Source: an uncultured Bacteroidales bacterium
GTDB lineage: Bacteria; Bacteroidota; Bacteroidia; Bacteroidales; Paludibacteraceae
Reading direction: 5' to 3'
Assembly: GCA_902778935.1 (NCBI GenBank)
Contig: CACYZT010000005.1
Span: forward strand, 21,932 to 85,931
Length of the DNA stretch: 64,000 nt
Every line of letters starts with the position of its first letter. Position 1 is the first letter of the stretch. Under the pieces are notes generated by a model. That model saw only the letters and a list, made by a program, of their open reading frames with translations, was not told the DNA's origin and did no database searches. Both the position numbers and the translations under genes were made by a program. Below are positions 26,059 through 34,533 of the stretch, piece after piece.

Positions 26059-27622
26059 CTCTGTCTTCTTTATTCAAATTATAGAACTGCTGCGTCGGGT
26101 AGTACGCATCGGACTCTTTGCTGTAACCATGCCACATAATAGCCTCAATCACATTGCGGGCACGTGTGTCGTGCATACGAGCCTCGTACTGGTCGCCGGT
26201 CGCTTTTCTATGCAGACCGCGTCCCCAGAGCGGCGTGGTGCGGCACCATCCGGTACGGATATCATTCTCCATGCACAGCTTATGCTGCACCATGTCGGTG
26301 TATGGCCAAATCTTCTGGTTCGGGTAACGCGGCATCTGCGCGGTAACGGGGAAATGGTTCGGGTCGCGCACCTCGTCTTGACCGGTTGTCCACGTCGGTC
26401 GATGGCAGTAGTCACAACCTATTTGCGTGAACAGTTCCTTACCTTTCAGCACTTTCGGGTCGGTCACGTTACGCGCAGCAGGTACCGCCAGACCGCGGTG
26501 CCAAACCATCACTTGCGTGAACTCCTCGTCCGTCATCTCTGCCGGCAGGGTGTTGCTCTCCAGATAAGCTCTAATATCTTCCTGCGTACCGAACTCAGCC
26601 TGCACCTCGGGATCTTTGGATGCGTACTCCGCGTAGATAGAAGTGCCTGCCTGACCAGCCTTGTACGCAAGGTCGAGATAGTGGTATGTGCGGTCGCTAC
26701 GGGTTACATTGGTGATATTCCAGATAGCATTCGCACCGGCAGCATCCATGATAGGACCACGTGTGAGGGCGTAGGTGAAGCGTTTCGGTCCCCATTGCGG
26801 GTCGTTCTTGTAGTAACCGCTGTTCTGGAAACCACCGTCCCAGAAAGCAGGGTTCAGACCATTCTTGAGTTTACCGTCTGCTGCCTCTTTGGCGTACTGG
26901 TCAATGATATCCTGGTCAGGAATAGCATCGAGCAGACCGGAACCATAGACGCCGATGGTGTTCTCCAACTTCACCTCATATCCCTCGCTCTCCAGCAGGC
27001 CGTCCGGGTCGCGATAACCCTGATTATAGACATACACCGCCTCCTTAGGCATGTGTACTTCGGGGTAACGCAGTTCGTATGTCTCGCCGTCGGCGAACTT
27101 GTTGCCATGCTCGTCGGTCGCGGTCAACCATTGAACGGTTATCATGTCGGGGTTGAGCGGAGCCTTAAAGGGCTTGACGCCGAATAGTTGCGGCATGCCG
27201 GCCAACCAGGGCACATAAGCCTGCGTAGTAGGATTGATGACTACGAGCAGCGTACCGTTACCCTGATCTTTGGCGTTATACACACCTTCGGGCACGGAGG
27301 TGCCGTGCGAATAGTTCGGGTGGCAGTGCTGGCAGGACGAACGTACATAAACGGGGCCCAGACCATGCTGACGACCGGACTCGTTGGTCACAAAATCTTT
27401 CTCTGCGATGTTATCGCCTTGCGCGAACATAGCACCCAGTCCGGCATCTTCCGTAGCAGGGGTTGGTTGACGGAAGGTCATGGACGAGGTGTTCGTCGTG
27501 GTGCCTAATTTACCGCCGGTGTAGTACCAGTCCGGCATGTCAGTTGACGGTTGGTCACCGCCGGACTTACAAGCAGCCAGCACCACTGCCGCCATAGCCA
27601 TGAATAAAAATTGCTTTCTCAT
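26027..27622 (-). CDS. di-haem oxidoreductase (DUF1111/thiol oxidoreductase-like)
   Basis: 531 aa lipoprotein ('AVVLAAC') with two CxxCH haem c sites, 'CQHCH' and 'CDYCH'. Confidence 0.75.
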   Translation of the reverse strand: MRKQFLFMAMAAVVLAACKSGGDQPSTDMPDWYYTGGKLGTTTNTSSMTFRQPTPATEDAGLGAMFAQGDNIAEKDFVTNESGRQHGLGPVYVRSSCQHCHPNYSHGTSVPEGVYNAKDQGNGTLLVVINPTTQAYVPWLAGMPQLFGVKPFKAPLNPDMITVQWLTATDEHGNKFADGETYELRYPEVHMPKEAVYVYNQGYRDPDGLLESEGYEVKLENTIGVYGSGLLDAIPDQDIIDQYAKEAADGKLKNGLNPAFWDGGFQNSGYYKNDPQWGPKRFTYALTRGPIMDAAGANAIWNITNVTRSDRTYHYLDLAYKAGQAGTSIYAEYASKDPEVQAEFGTQEDIRAYLESNTLPAEMTDEEFTQVMVWHRGLAVPAARNVTDPKVLKGKELFTQIGCDYCHRPTWTTGQDEVRDPNHFPVTAQMPRYPNQKIWPYTDMVQHKLCMENDIRTGWCRTTPLWGRGLHRKATGDQYEARMHDTRARNVIEAIMWHGYSKESDAYYPTQQFYNLNKEDRDAIVAFINAI

Positions 27623-27626
27623 AGTA

Positions 27627-28808
27627 TTATTTGCTTAATAATGGTAAAACTTCATCACTTAGAATCCCCTCGAGTTCCGAAACGCGGTCGATAGCCTCTT
27701 TCACTTGCGGGTTACCCTTAGCCGTGTTCTCGAAATCTTCGATAGCTTCGATAGCGGCGATGGCGTCCTCAATAGCTTTGCGCACCTTGGCGTCGAGTGC
27801 GGCGTCTTGGGTGAATACATAACTCGAAACGGAATAATCGCCTGCCTGCGAACCGCAGTACGAATGTTGGATGGAACGGATGTTATCCGCGAAGTCGGTT
27901 GTCGAAGTGCAGCTGTACGGGCTCTCGATATAATCGCGCTCTTCGGGAGTGGAGCTGATATAGGGGTTACCCATCTTCAGGTCAGCTACCTCACCGGCGA
28001 TGTCGGCACAACCGGCAACGATCTCTTCCGCCACCTCCTGATAAGTGAGGTAGGTCGAACCGGGTTTACCGGCGTTGATCATCTGCCAGCCGTATTTGTC
28101 TTCGAAGGTATCCACTTCGCCTTCCTCCAGTATTTTCATCTTGGCATCACTCACTTCGCCTGCCCAGCAGTACTCTAACAGGATAGCCTGTTGCGTCAGG
28201 TCTTCCACGATACCAAGCAGATAAACGGCTTCGGCGTGCGTGAGGTTAGCTGCGTGCGGCTTGCCCGTACCTACAGCACGACCGTCAATTATCACCGACT
28301 CAAACAGCAGATATTCGCAGGCATGGAAGCCCTTGAGGGCATAGCCGAGTTTCTCGCCTACATACGCACCGCCTTGTTCCTCGATAGCGGCCATCTGGAC
28401 GGAGTCGTGCAGCAGCGCGTTCATCGCATTGAAATCGAGCGGCCATGAATCGATATGTGGGTCAATGTTATGCGCAGCGGCAGGTCCGTAGAGGAATGCC
28501 TCGCTCTGCTCCCAGTACTTACGCATCAGTCGCCAGGAAGCATCCGCATCTTTGATAAGAGCAGCGTAGTCTTGTCCGGCTTCTTGCGCCGCGAGGATAG
28601 CCTCGCATTGGTCTAATAAGGTCAAGCCTGCGTCCGCCATCGAGCGGTAGGTAGCTACGACCGTGTTGTTCACATACGGCGCAGCAGCACGCTGCAACGC
28701 CGCTTCTTTGTCTGATTGAACATCTGTTCCTTTTCCTTGGCATGCTGCCATTCCCATGACACATGCAGCACATAGTGCCCACTTAAAAATCTTTTTCATT
28801 TCTTTCAT
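27627..28808 (-). CDS. imelysin-family (peptidase M75-like / IrpA-like) lipoprotein
   Basis: 393 aa. Lipobox 'GMAAC'. The all-helical composition and position next to a DUF1111 di-haem gene are typical of imelysin loci. Confidence 0.65.
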   Translation of the reverse strand: MKEMKKIFKWALCAACVMGMAACQGKGTDVQSDKEAALQRAAAPYVNNTVVATYRSMADAGLTLLDQCEAILAAQEAGQDYAALIKDADASWRLMRKYWEQSEAFLYGPAAAHNIDPHIDSWPLDFNAMNALLHDSVQMAAIEEQGGAYVGEKLGYALKGFHACEYLLFESVIIDGRAVGTGKPHAANLTHAEAVYLLGIVEDLTQQAILLEYCWAGEVSDAKMKILEEGEVDTFEDKYGWQMINAGKPGSTYLTYQEVAEEIVAGCADIAGEVADLKMGNPYISSTPEERDYIESPYSCTSTTDFADNIRSIQHSYCGSQAGDYSVSSYVFTQDAALDAKVRKAIEDAIAAIEAIEDFENTAKGNPQVKEAIDRVSELEGILSDEVLPLLSK

Positions 28809-28843
28809 ATTTTGGTTTATAATTTGTCTTTCAGTAACTCATT

Positions 28844-28913
28844 CTGTCAGCGCAGCGGTCTGTCAACGCAGTGGTCTGTCAGGGCAGCGGTCTGTCAGGC
28901 CGCAGGCCGGTCT
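28844..28913. repeat. 16-nt tandem repeat CTGTCAGCGCAGCGGT x4 (intergenic)
   Basis: ctgtcagcgcagcggt ctgtcaacgcagtggt ctgtcagggcagcggt ctgtcaggccgcaggccggtct, between the OMP stop and the imelysin start. Confidence 0.9.
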
Positions 28914-30378
28914 ATAATTGATAGAATCCCGCATAGACGATGCCCACGGCGAACTGTGGTTCATCGTTGTATAGTTTCCCGCGCGTACCGTCCGCGCGCG
29001 TTCCTTGTTTAAGTATGCCGTACGAGAACTCCGCCTTCACACCTATTTGCTTAATCGGGAAATAGTTAATGCCGACAGCAGCACGATGGCGACCGCACCA
29101 GGCGTACATATCCGTAGGTTGGTTATCATAGCGGAACATCGAGTCGTAGTAATCATAGCGGCCGAAGACATAGAAAGACTGCTTTTTCTCGACCAGCTTC
29201 TTGTTCAGGCTGAAGAAATCGTAGCCCAACTCCAGACCTGCAGCGAGTGCATCGGACGCCACCCATTGCTTACTCGATACACTACCCTTGCGCATGGATA
29301 TATTGTATTGCGTGATGGCGGCTGCATCGGACAAATGACCGTACATGAACGAACCGCGCAGGACGACACCGTAATCCTTGTACGCAAAATCAAACGCACC
29401 GATGGAGACGGTTCCTTTGACATCCTTGTAAGCACTGGCGTCCAGTTCGGCATTGCTCTTACTGAGCGTGTTGCGGAACGAGTTACCGCAGTAGCCGCTC
29501 AGACTCAGGCGTAACCCCTTAACACCCGTATAATCGACGCGGGCTGCTCCGGCAAACACGTTCGCCAGTTTGAACTCATAGGGACTGCCTGCACCGGGTT
29601 TGACCCAGTTCTTGCGGTTAAAGCGGTCGCTATCCAGTCCCGGCAGGAACATCGCCTGGTAGTGCCATCCGTTAGGCGTTGAACCCATGAACGTGAGCGC
29701 CACCTCATGCCAGGTACTCGGGATAATCGTGAACTCGCCTTCGTTACGATAGACGCTGAAATACTCGGTTGGCTCGTGGTGCGCGTTCAGTCCGCCAACG
29801 GGCACAACCTGCATACCTGCGCGGATGATAGCGTAGCGGTTGAAGGCTTTCTGCAACCAGAACTGCTCCAACGCCACTTCGCCGCCGCGCTCTATCTCGC
29901 TCTCGTACTCGCCGCCTTCTTCTTCCTCAATCTCGATAGCACTCTCCGTACCGCCGTGCTCGAACTCTATCTCCGTGCCTACGCTCCAGCCTTTGCCGAA
30001 GTCATACCCCAGATAGATGACCACGTGAGGCAGGTCGAACTCGCCGAAATGGTCATTGGCGTATTTCTCGGGGTGCTGGCCGTAACGCAAGTAGTTATTG
30101 CTGTACCAGCAATGCTTGGCGGTCACTTCTCCGTAACCGCCGATGGTAAACCGTCCGCGTCTGGGCTCGGATTTCTGAGCACTGGCCTCTGACTGCTTAC
30201 TTCTCCCAATTTGTTGGGATACACTGTCCTGCGCCGCTTTTTGTTCGAGCCGCTCGACGCGCTGCATGAGAGCTTGCAGGTCCGAAGCACTGACGGTGAT
30301 ACTATCATTTGCGCGTACTCCTAACGCACACGTAATCAACAAGATAATAAAGATTGCTTGTTTTTTCATTCTCTTCAT
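28912..30378 (-). CDS. outer-membrane beta-barrel protein (porin-like) of the imelysin operon
   Basis: Start moved to the ATG at 30378 ('MKRMKKQAIFIILLITCALGVRA', a signal peptide) because the -7 box is at 30412-30419. Coiled N-terminal segment, then alternating beta-strand pattern. Confidence 0.6.
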   Translation of the reverse strand: MKRMKKQAIFIILLITCALGVRANDSITVSASDLQALMQRVERLEQKAAQDSVSQQIGRSKQSEASAQKSEPRRGRFTIGGYGEVTAKHCWYSNNYLRYGQHPEKYANDHFGEFDLPHVVIYLGYDFGKGWSVGTEIEFEHGGTESAIEIEEEEGGEYESEIERGGEVALEQFWLQKAFNRYAIIRAGMQVVPVGGLNAHHEPTEYFSVYRNEGEFTIIPSTWHEVALTFMGSTPNGWHYQAMFLPGLDSDRFNRKNWVKPGAGSPYEFKLANVFAGAARVDYTGVKGLRLSLSGYCGNSFRNTLSKSNAELDASAYKDVKGTVSIGAFDFAYKDYGVVLRGSFMYGHLSDAAAITQYNISMRKGSVSSKQWVASDALAAGLELGYDFFSLNKKLVEKKQSFYVFGRYDYYDSMFRYDNQPTDMYAWCGRHRAAVGINYFPIKQIGVKAEFSYGILKQGTRADGTRGKLYNDEPQFAVGIVYAGFYQL

Positions 30379-30411
30379 ACCTTTCCCTTGTCGCTTTTCA
30401 TTTTGCAAGTG

Positions 30412-30419
30412 CAAAATTA
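30412..30419 (-). promoter_or_regulatory. -7 box (TAATTTTG) for the OMP-imelysin-dihaem-ccsBA operon
   Basis: CAAAATTA, 34 nt upstream of the ATG at 30378. Confidence 0.55.
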
Positions 30420-30520
30420 CTGCTTTTCGTCCACATACGCAATACCCAAAAATTGTGAATTGACACAAAGAAAAATCGCCCGATTGAGCGATTTTTTCTA
30501 TTGACGTGTTTCAAGATTTA

Positions 30521-30844
30521 CTATGGTAATTCCGGATGATAGATGATAGCACCCTGCTTCTTGCGATGATGTAAGAGAAATAGTATTTCTTTTTCATCGT
30601 AAAATGAATTTGAGTAGGGATTGCCCCTTACTTGTCCCTTACTTGAAGCCGAAACGATGTTTGCTTTCAACTGCGCATACACCTCTTTGAAGATATCCCT
30701 ATAACGGCGTTTGTCCCCGGCTTCCATGCGCTGCCGGGTTTGAACAGATGATTCTTTGAAGAGGGCTCTATGGATAGCTTCGTTTTCGGAGAGCGGCTTT
30801 GTCCGGCGATAGACACGATGGTACATACGCCCTTTTTTGGTCAT
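30521..30844 (-). CDS. hypothetical basic protein (possible gene relic)
   Basis: ORF with no recognisable motif, in a low-GC patch. Start taken at the internal 'MTKKGRMYHRV'. Confidence 0.3.
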   Translation of the reverse strand: MTKKGRMYHRVYRRTKPLSENEAIHRALFKESSVQTRQRMEAGDKRRYRDIFKEVYAQLKANIVSASSKGQVRGNPYSNSFYDEKEILFLLHHRKKQGAIIYHPELP

Positions 30845-31116
30845 AATCCAGGGTCCAATTTGTAAATAGCCATAATGAATAAAAATTAAGTCCACCACAC
30901 GTAAGTGTCTCTACAGTCTTTTAGACTGTGGCTACAGCCCAGAGGGCTGTGGAGGTGAGGTTTTCTTTTGTTACTTTCTTTTATCGGCTTTCTTTTGCGG
31001 GTTACCATGTACTAATTTTTCGAAAAAATCAAGCAATTTTAGTACATGCTTTGCGGTGGTGACTTGTATAAATTTCAAGAATCATGCTTGCGTTTTTTAG
31101 CAAAATTTATACAAGC

Positions 31117-31181
31117 TAAAACCCGAGCTTGACTAAAAAAGACACAAGTTAAAACCCGTGCTTGACTAAAAAAGATACAAG
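31117..31181. repeat. two adjacent 32-nt direct repeats
   Basis: taaaacccgagcttgactaaaaaagacacaag / taaaacccgtgcttgactaaaaaagatacaag (about 29 of 32 identical, 1-nt spacer). Confidence 0.9.
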
Positions 31182-31618
31182 CTATACATCTTCGCGCTCG
31201 GTAAAGGGGTCGAAGTACTTGGTGGGTTCACGGGCGGTGAGTTCCTCGCAGGGTTCGCGGGCGGAGAGGTCGTCCGTGGGGACAACCTCAAACCGCTTAC
31301 GGAACTGCTCGAGTGAGACATACCGGCTCATCGCTTACTGAGCAAACCGATGACGAACCCTTTTTCAACGCACTTGGGATGGGCAGCAGTATCACCTACG
31401 ACGCCCTTGGCCGTAGAATCAAATAACTTTATGCGACATACAATGAGTAAGATTTTGAAGGCTTTTGCTACAACAAAAATGTTTTGATTTATCTGGTTTA
31501 GTGTAGTTTAGAATATGCAATTTTTGCTATTTTATGCAGTTTAGAACGATTTTTTTTTCAGGGCATAAAAAAAACGCCGGCCGTTTGGTCGACGTTTTTG
31601 GCTATTGGCTAAAATGGT

Positions 31619-32167
31619 TTATTTCCATTCTTCCTCAGTAAACTTGCCTTCTGCATCGTATTTGTGCAGGAAATTGATAGGATTATGTTCTAAGAGAATA
31701 TCCACAGTAGCCTGTCTTTTGCTCATAGCCATCTCAATTTTGTTGCTGAAACCCAACGTACCATGTTTGTCGGAAACAGCAGCTCCAGCAGCATTGATAG
31801 CGACACTGAAGTAGGAGAAATTATAATCTAATAAGAATTTATCATACTTGGTGGTGTCCAGATCCGCCTTAACTGCGATATTCCAGTGGAATCCAAGCGT
31901 AGAAGGCAGTGCTTTGGTCTCGACAGTCTTGGTCCACTCAGGCGTATTGACCACTTCGTTCTTCTTGTTGCCATTCTCGTCGTAGTAATCGAACGAGATA
32001 TCGCACTGATCAAGGGTTTGTTGTGCAAAAGTAGCAGTAAACTGGATACCCGCAGCCACCGGCTTCAAGTCCGGTTCCGGCGGAGTCGGTTCGTTCTTTT
32101 TATTACAGCTTGTCATTACCAATGCTGCCATACAAGCAACGAGAATAAAAGAAAAATGTTTTTTCAT
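31619..32167 (-). CDS. hypothetical lipoprotein
   Basis: 182 aa. Lipobox 'LVMTSC'. A -7 box lies at 32227-32234, and a hairpin plus T-run downstream at 31569-31598. Confidence 0.45.
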   Translation of the reverse strand: MKKHFSFILVACMAALVMTSCNKKNEPTPPEPDLKPVAAGIQFTATFAQQTLDQCDISFDYYDENGNKKNEVVNTPEWTKTVETKALPSTLGFHWNIAVKADLDTTKYDKFLLDYNFSYFSVAINAAGAAVSDKHGTLGFSNKIEMAMSKRQATVDILLEHNPINFLHKYDAEGKFTEEEWK

Positions 32168-32226
32168 AAAACGAATGAATTAATTAATATTTGTAATTTT
32201 TGTAAGTAATGGATAAAAATCCGCTG

Positions 32227-32234
32227 CAAAGGTA
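32227..32234 (-). promoter_or_regulatory. -7 box (TACCTTTG) for the 31619-32167 gene
   Basis: CAAAGGTA, 60 nt upstream of the ATG at 32167. Confidence 0.5.
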
Positions 32235-32300
32235 CTACAAAATAATGACATACGCAAGAAAAAAATAAAAAAAAGATTTGCATATATCGAAAAAATGTAG

Positions 32301-32308
32301 TATCTTTG
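32301..32308 (+). promoter_or_regulatory. -7 box (TATCTTTG) with a -33 TTTG 20 nt upstream; next plus-strand gene starts about 445 nt downstream
   Basis: 'GATTTGCATATATCGAAAAAATGTAGTATCTTTGCAG' matches the extended promoter pattern repeated across this window. Confidence 0.6.
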
Positions 32309-32754
32309 CAGCCAAATTCAAAACCCGACGCAATGCGCGTACATGAACGCGTAGAAAAAATAAATAAATTCGTTAACTAAAAAACTGACTTACAAAACAG
32401 AAATTTAACCTTCCGGCACCGTAAAGGCGGTGCATAGTGGCTTAGCCACAAAGACATACATACATAATAGCATTTGGCTTACTACTTGGTCTCTATAAAA
32501 CCTGGACAGTTATATAGGAACTAACAACAATCCGAGGAATAGCGAAGTGCTCATGCGTGAGCGTGGGCTTTCCCGTAGATGATATATTTGGATTGTTGAG
32601 GTTTGTCCAGGAAATCCTTTGAGACTGAATATAAGCGACCTACCCGAGTCTGCGCTTTTTGTATGTATATACATGAATGAATCTCACAGCAGGGAAAGAC
32701 CTTAAACCCAATGTCGGTCCTGCCCATTATTAACTTTATCAACACTATTTTATT

Positions 32755-34494
32755 ATGAAAAAGCATTTATTATTCGCCGCTTTTGCCCTATTGGCAATGG
32801 TGGCTTGTGAAGACAAACAGTCTTTCTTGGATTTGGACAATGCTGACGTCAAATTAGCGACGGTAGTAGGTCAGGTGACCTATAATCCGGGCGGAGCGGA
32901 CGCGAAGAAACAACCGGCAGACAGCGTAGAAGTGCGCGTACTGGTTGCCAACTCGGAGTTCTCCGGTGGCGCGCAGGGCGAGAAGCAATTCGGTCCGGTC
33001 TATACAGACGCGAACGGTATGTACGAAGTGACCATTCCCGTTGGCGGTCTTACGCTCAATGCCGCGAACGTGAAGATTCAGGTTATGCCGACGGAGCGGG
33101 AGTACACCAATCCGAACGACGGTACTACCTCCAAAATCTATTTCACGTCCAACAAAATGGCTATTCCTTCCAACCTCACCGCAGGCGATGTAGTACGCAG
33201 AGACATTGAGATGAAGCCTCAACTGGCTGCGCTGAGCGATTTCACGAGTTTCATCACCGTGTCGGGTGTTGTTTCCGTGGATGCCGGCTACCAGAAGGAA
33301 AGCGGTACGACCAACTACGAGAAAAAGCCTATCCCGTACGGCAACAAAGAGTTAGTGGTCAAAGGTATGTATAGCGGCGAAGAGATTGAGTTCGCTACCG
33401 TTATTACCGACGCTAATGGCGCCTACTCCTTCGATGTACCTGCCGGTTCGCTAAATGCGAGCATTACGATCAGCACCGTTCGGTTTGACGGCAAATACAC
33501 CAAAGGACCGGAGGATGAATACGAGAGCATCGCTGTCTTCTACCGCGTCACCACTCTCGGACCAGTAGCCTTCAACGCGGACACCAAGAAACTGATCAAC
33601 CAGAACATCACCATCGTTGCCTATGACGAGGCCGAAGGCGAAGACCTGAGTAAGAAATTCGAGATTAAGAGACTAACGGCTATTGTGAAGACCTACGGCG
33701 AGGTATATGACGAGTCGATTACCTCATCAACCACCGGCATGGAGATTGAGGAAGTGGACCAATACAAATGGGATGCCGTGTACCTGCCGTTTGACGTAAC
33801 GATTACGCTTTCGTCCAACGCGTTCGATGCCGCCAACCCGTCCAGCCTTCTCAAGGGAGCTAAACTCGTGTTTAACACCCAATCTTCCGCTATAGACGGC
33901 AAAGTGGAGCTGAGCAATATCAAAGTTTATACGGCATGGGAAGGATATGCCATCAATGCAACGCTCAAAGTAGAAGAGAAATTAGAGCCATTGAAGCATA
34001 TCTACTACGAGTTCAACCCGTTCAGCAACGCACGCTACCATACCAAGACATGGGCAGACTGGCACATCGACGCCACACTGACCAACGCTCTTATTCCTTC
34101 CTTCTGGTCCAACTGCTGGCCCAGCACCAAGAAAGAGCAACTCGTAGAAGGATACTACCAGTCCGCTACCAGTGCGGTTGTTATCCCTGCTGCTACGCTC
34201 AAATACTACGGCGAATATGAATATCCGTCGGATGTGGAGGTTACCTTCGTAGCGCGTGACACGAAGACGATTAAGGGTATCTGGGGTACGGGCGTTTCCT
34301 ATACCAACCGTAACGACAAAGACGCTAACGGCAACTATACGCCGATGGAGATAACGGAAGATGCGAAGGATGCAAACGAAGTACAACTGCTCAACAGCAT
34401 TCTCACAGTGCCGTACGCAACACGCCAGAAAATCCGCTATCATGATAAATATCAGGGTGCATGCCGTTTGCATTGGAACCCGGGTTCGTTGTAA
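32755..34494 (+). CDS. surface lipoprotein with carboxypeptidase-regulatory-like beta-sandwich repeats
   Basis: 579 aa. Lipobox 'LAMVAC'. Repeated 'V.G.V......(A)....V.V.......TDANG.Y...VP.G' modules. Confidence 0.55.
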   Translation: MKKHLLFAAFALLAMVACEDKQSFLDLDNADVKLATVVGQVTYNPGGADAKKQPADSVEVRVLVANSEFSGGAQGEKQFGPVYTDANGMYEVTIPVGGLTLNAANVKIQVMPTEREYTNPNDGTTSKIYFTSNKMAIPSNLTAGDVVRRDIEMKPQLAALSDFTSFITVSGVVSVDAGYQKESGTTNYEKKPIPYGNKELVVKGMYSGEEIEFATVITDANGAYSFDVPAGSLNASITISTVRFDGKYTKGPEDEYESIAVFYRVTTLGPVAFNADTKKLINQNITIVAYDEAEGEDLSKKFEIKRLTAIVKTYGEVYDESITSSTTGMEIEEVDQYKWDAVYLPFDVTITLSSNAFDAANPSSLLKGAKLVFNTQSSAIDGKVELSNIKVYTAWEGYAINATLKVEEKLEPLKHIYYEFNPFSNARYHTKTWADWHIDATLTNALIPSFWSNCWPSTKKEQLVEGYYQSATSAVVIPAATLKYYGEYEYPSDVEVTFVARDTKTIKGIWGTGVSYTNRNDKDANGNYTPMEITEDAKDANEVQLLNSILTVPYATRQKIRYHDKYQGACRLHWNPGSL

Positions 34495-34533
34495 TCAGAC
34501 AGCAATAGTATTAACTTCTAATCATTGTTCACT

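Noticed and set aside
25904-27187. Long ORFs antisense to well-supported genes. Examples: 25904-27187 (+) opposite the di-haem gene, 13169-14458 (+) opposite ddl, 49259-50221 (-) opposite lpxD, 46979-48070 (-), 52482-53279 (-), 4921-5742 (-), 8101-9623 (+), 9613-10458 (+), 56688-58790 (+), 61951-62751 (-).
   Set aside because: Each is the mirror frame of a gene with clear family motifs. Their products are Arg/Val/His-rich with no motifs, and they lack TAnnTTTG boxes. These are typical shadow ORFs in DNA of about 50% GC.
28844-28913. The 16-nt tandem array as a CRISPR array
   Set aside because: The repeats are head-to-tail with no spacers, the unit is far shorter than CRISPR repeats, and no cas genes are present.
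30521-30950. The 125-aa ORF plus adjacent twin hairpins as an IS200/IS605 or REP/RAYT element
   Set aside because: No HUH or catalytic Tyr motif is visible in the ORF. The hairpins are kept as an observation, but no transposase call is justified.
31331-31426. Rhs/YD-repeat toxin gene
   Set aside because: Only about 30 codons with one 'YDALGR' motif before a stop, and no upstream repeat body or downstream toxin/immunity pair. It is treated as a relic only.
32309-32754. The leader as a cobalamin or TPP riboswitch ('GGGAAAGACC...GGTCCTGCCC', 'TTGAGA...ACCT')
   Set aside because: Only fragments resemble the consensus. The B12 box GCCACTG and the THI-box core are absent, and the downstream genes are unrelated to vitamin metabolism.
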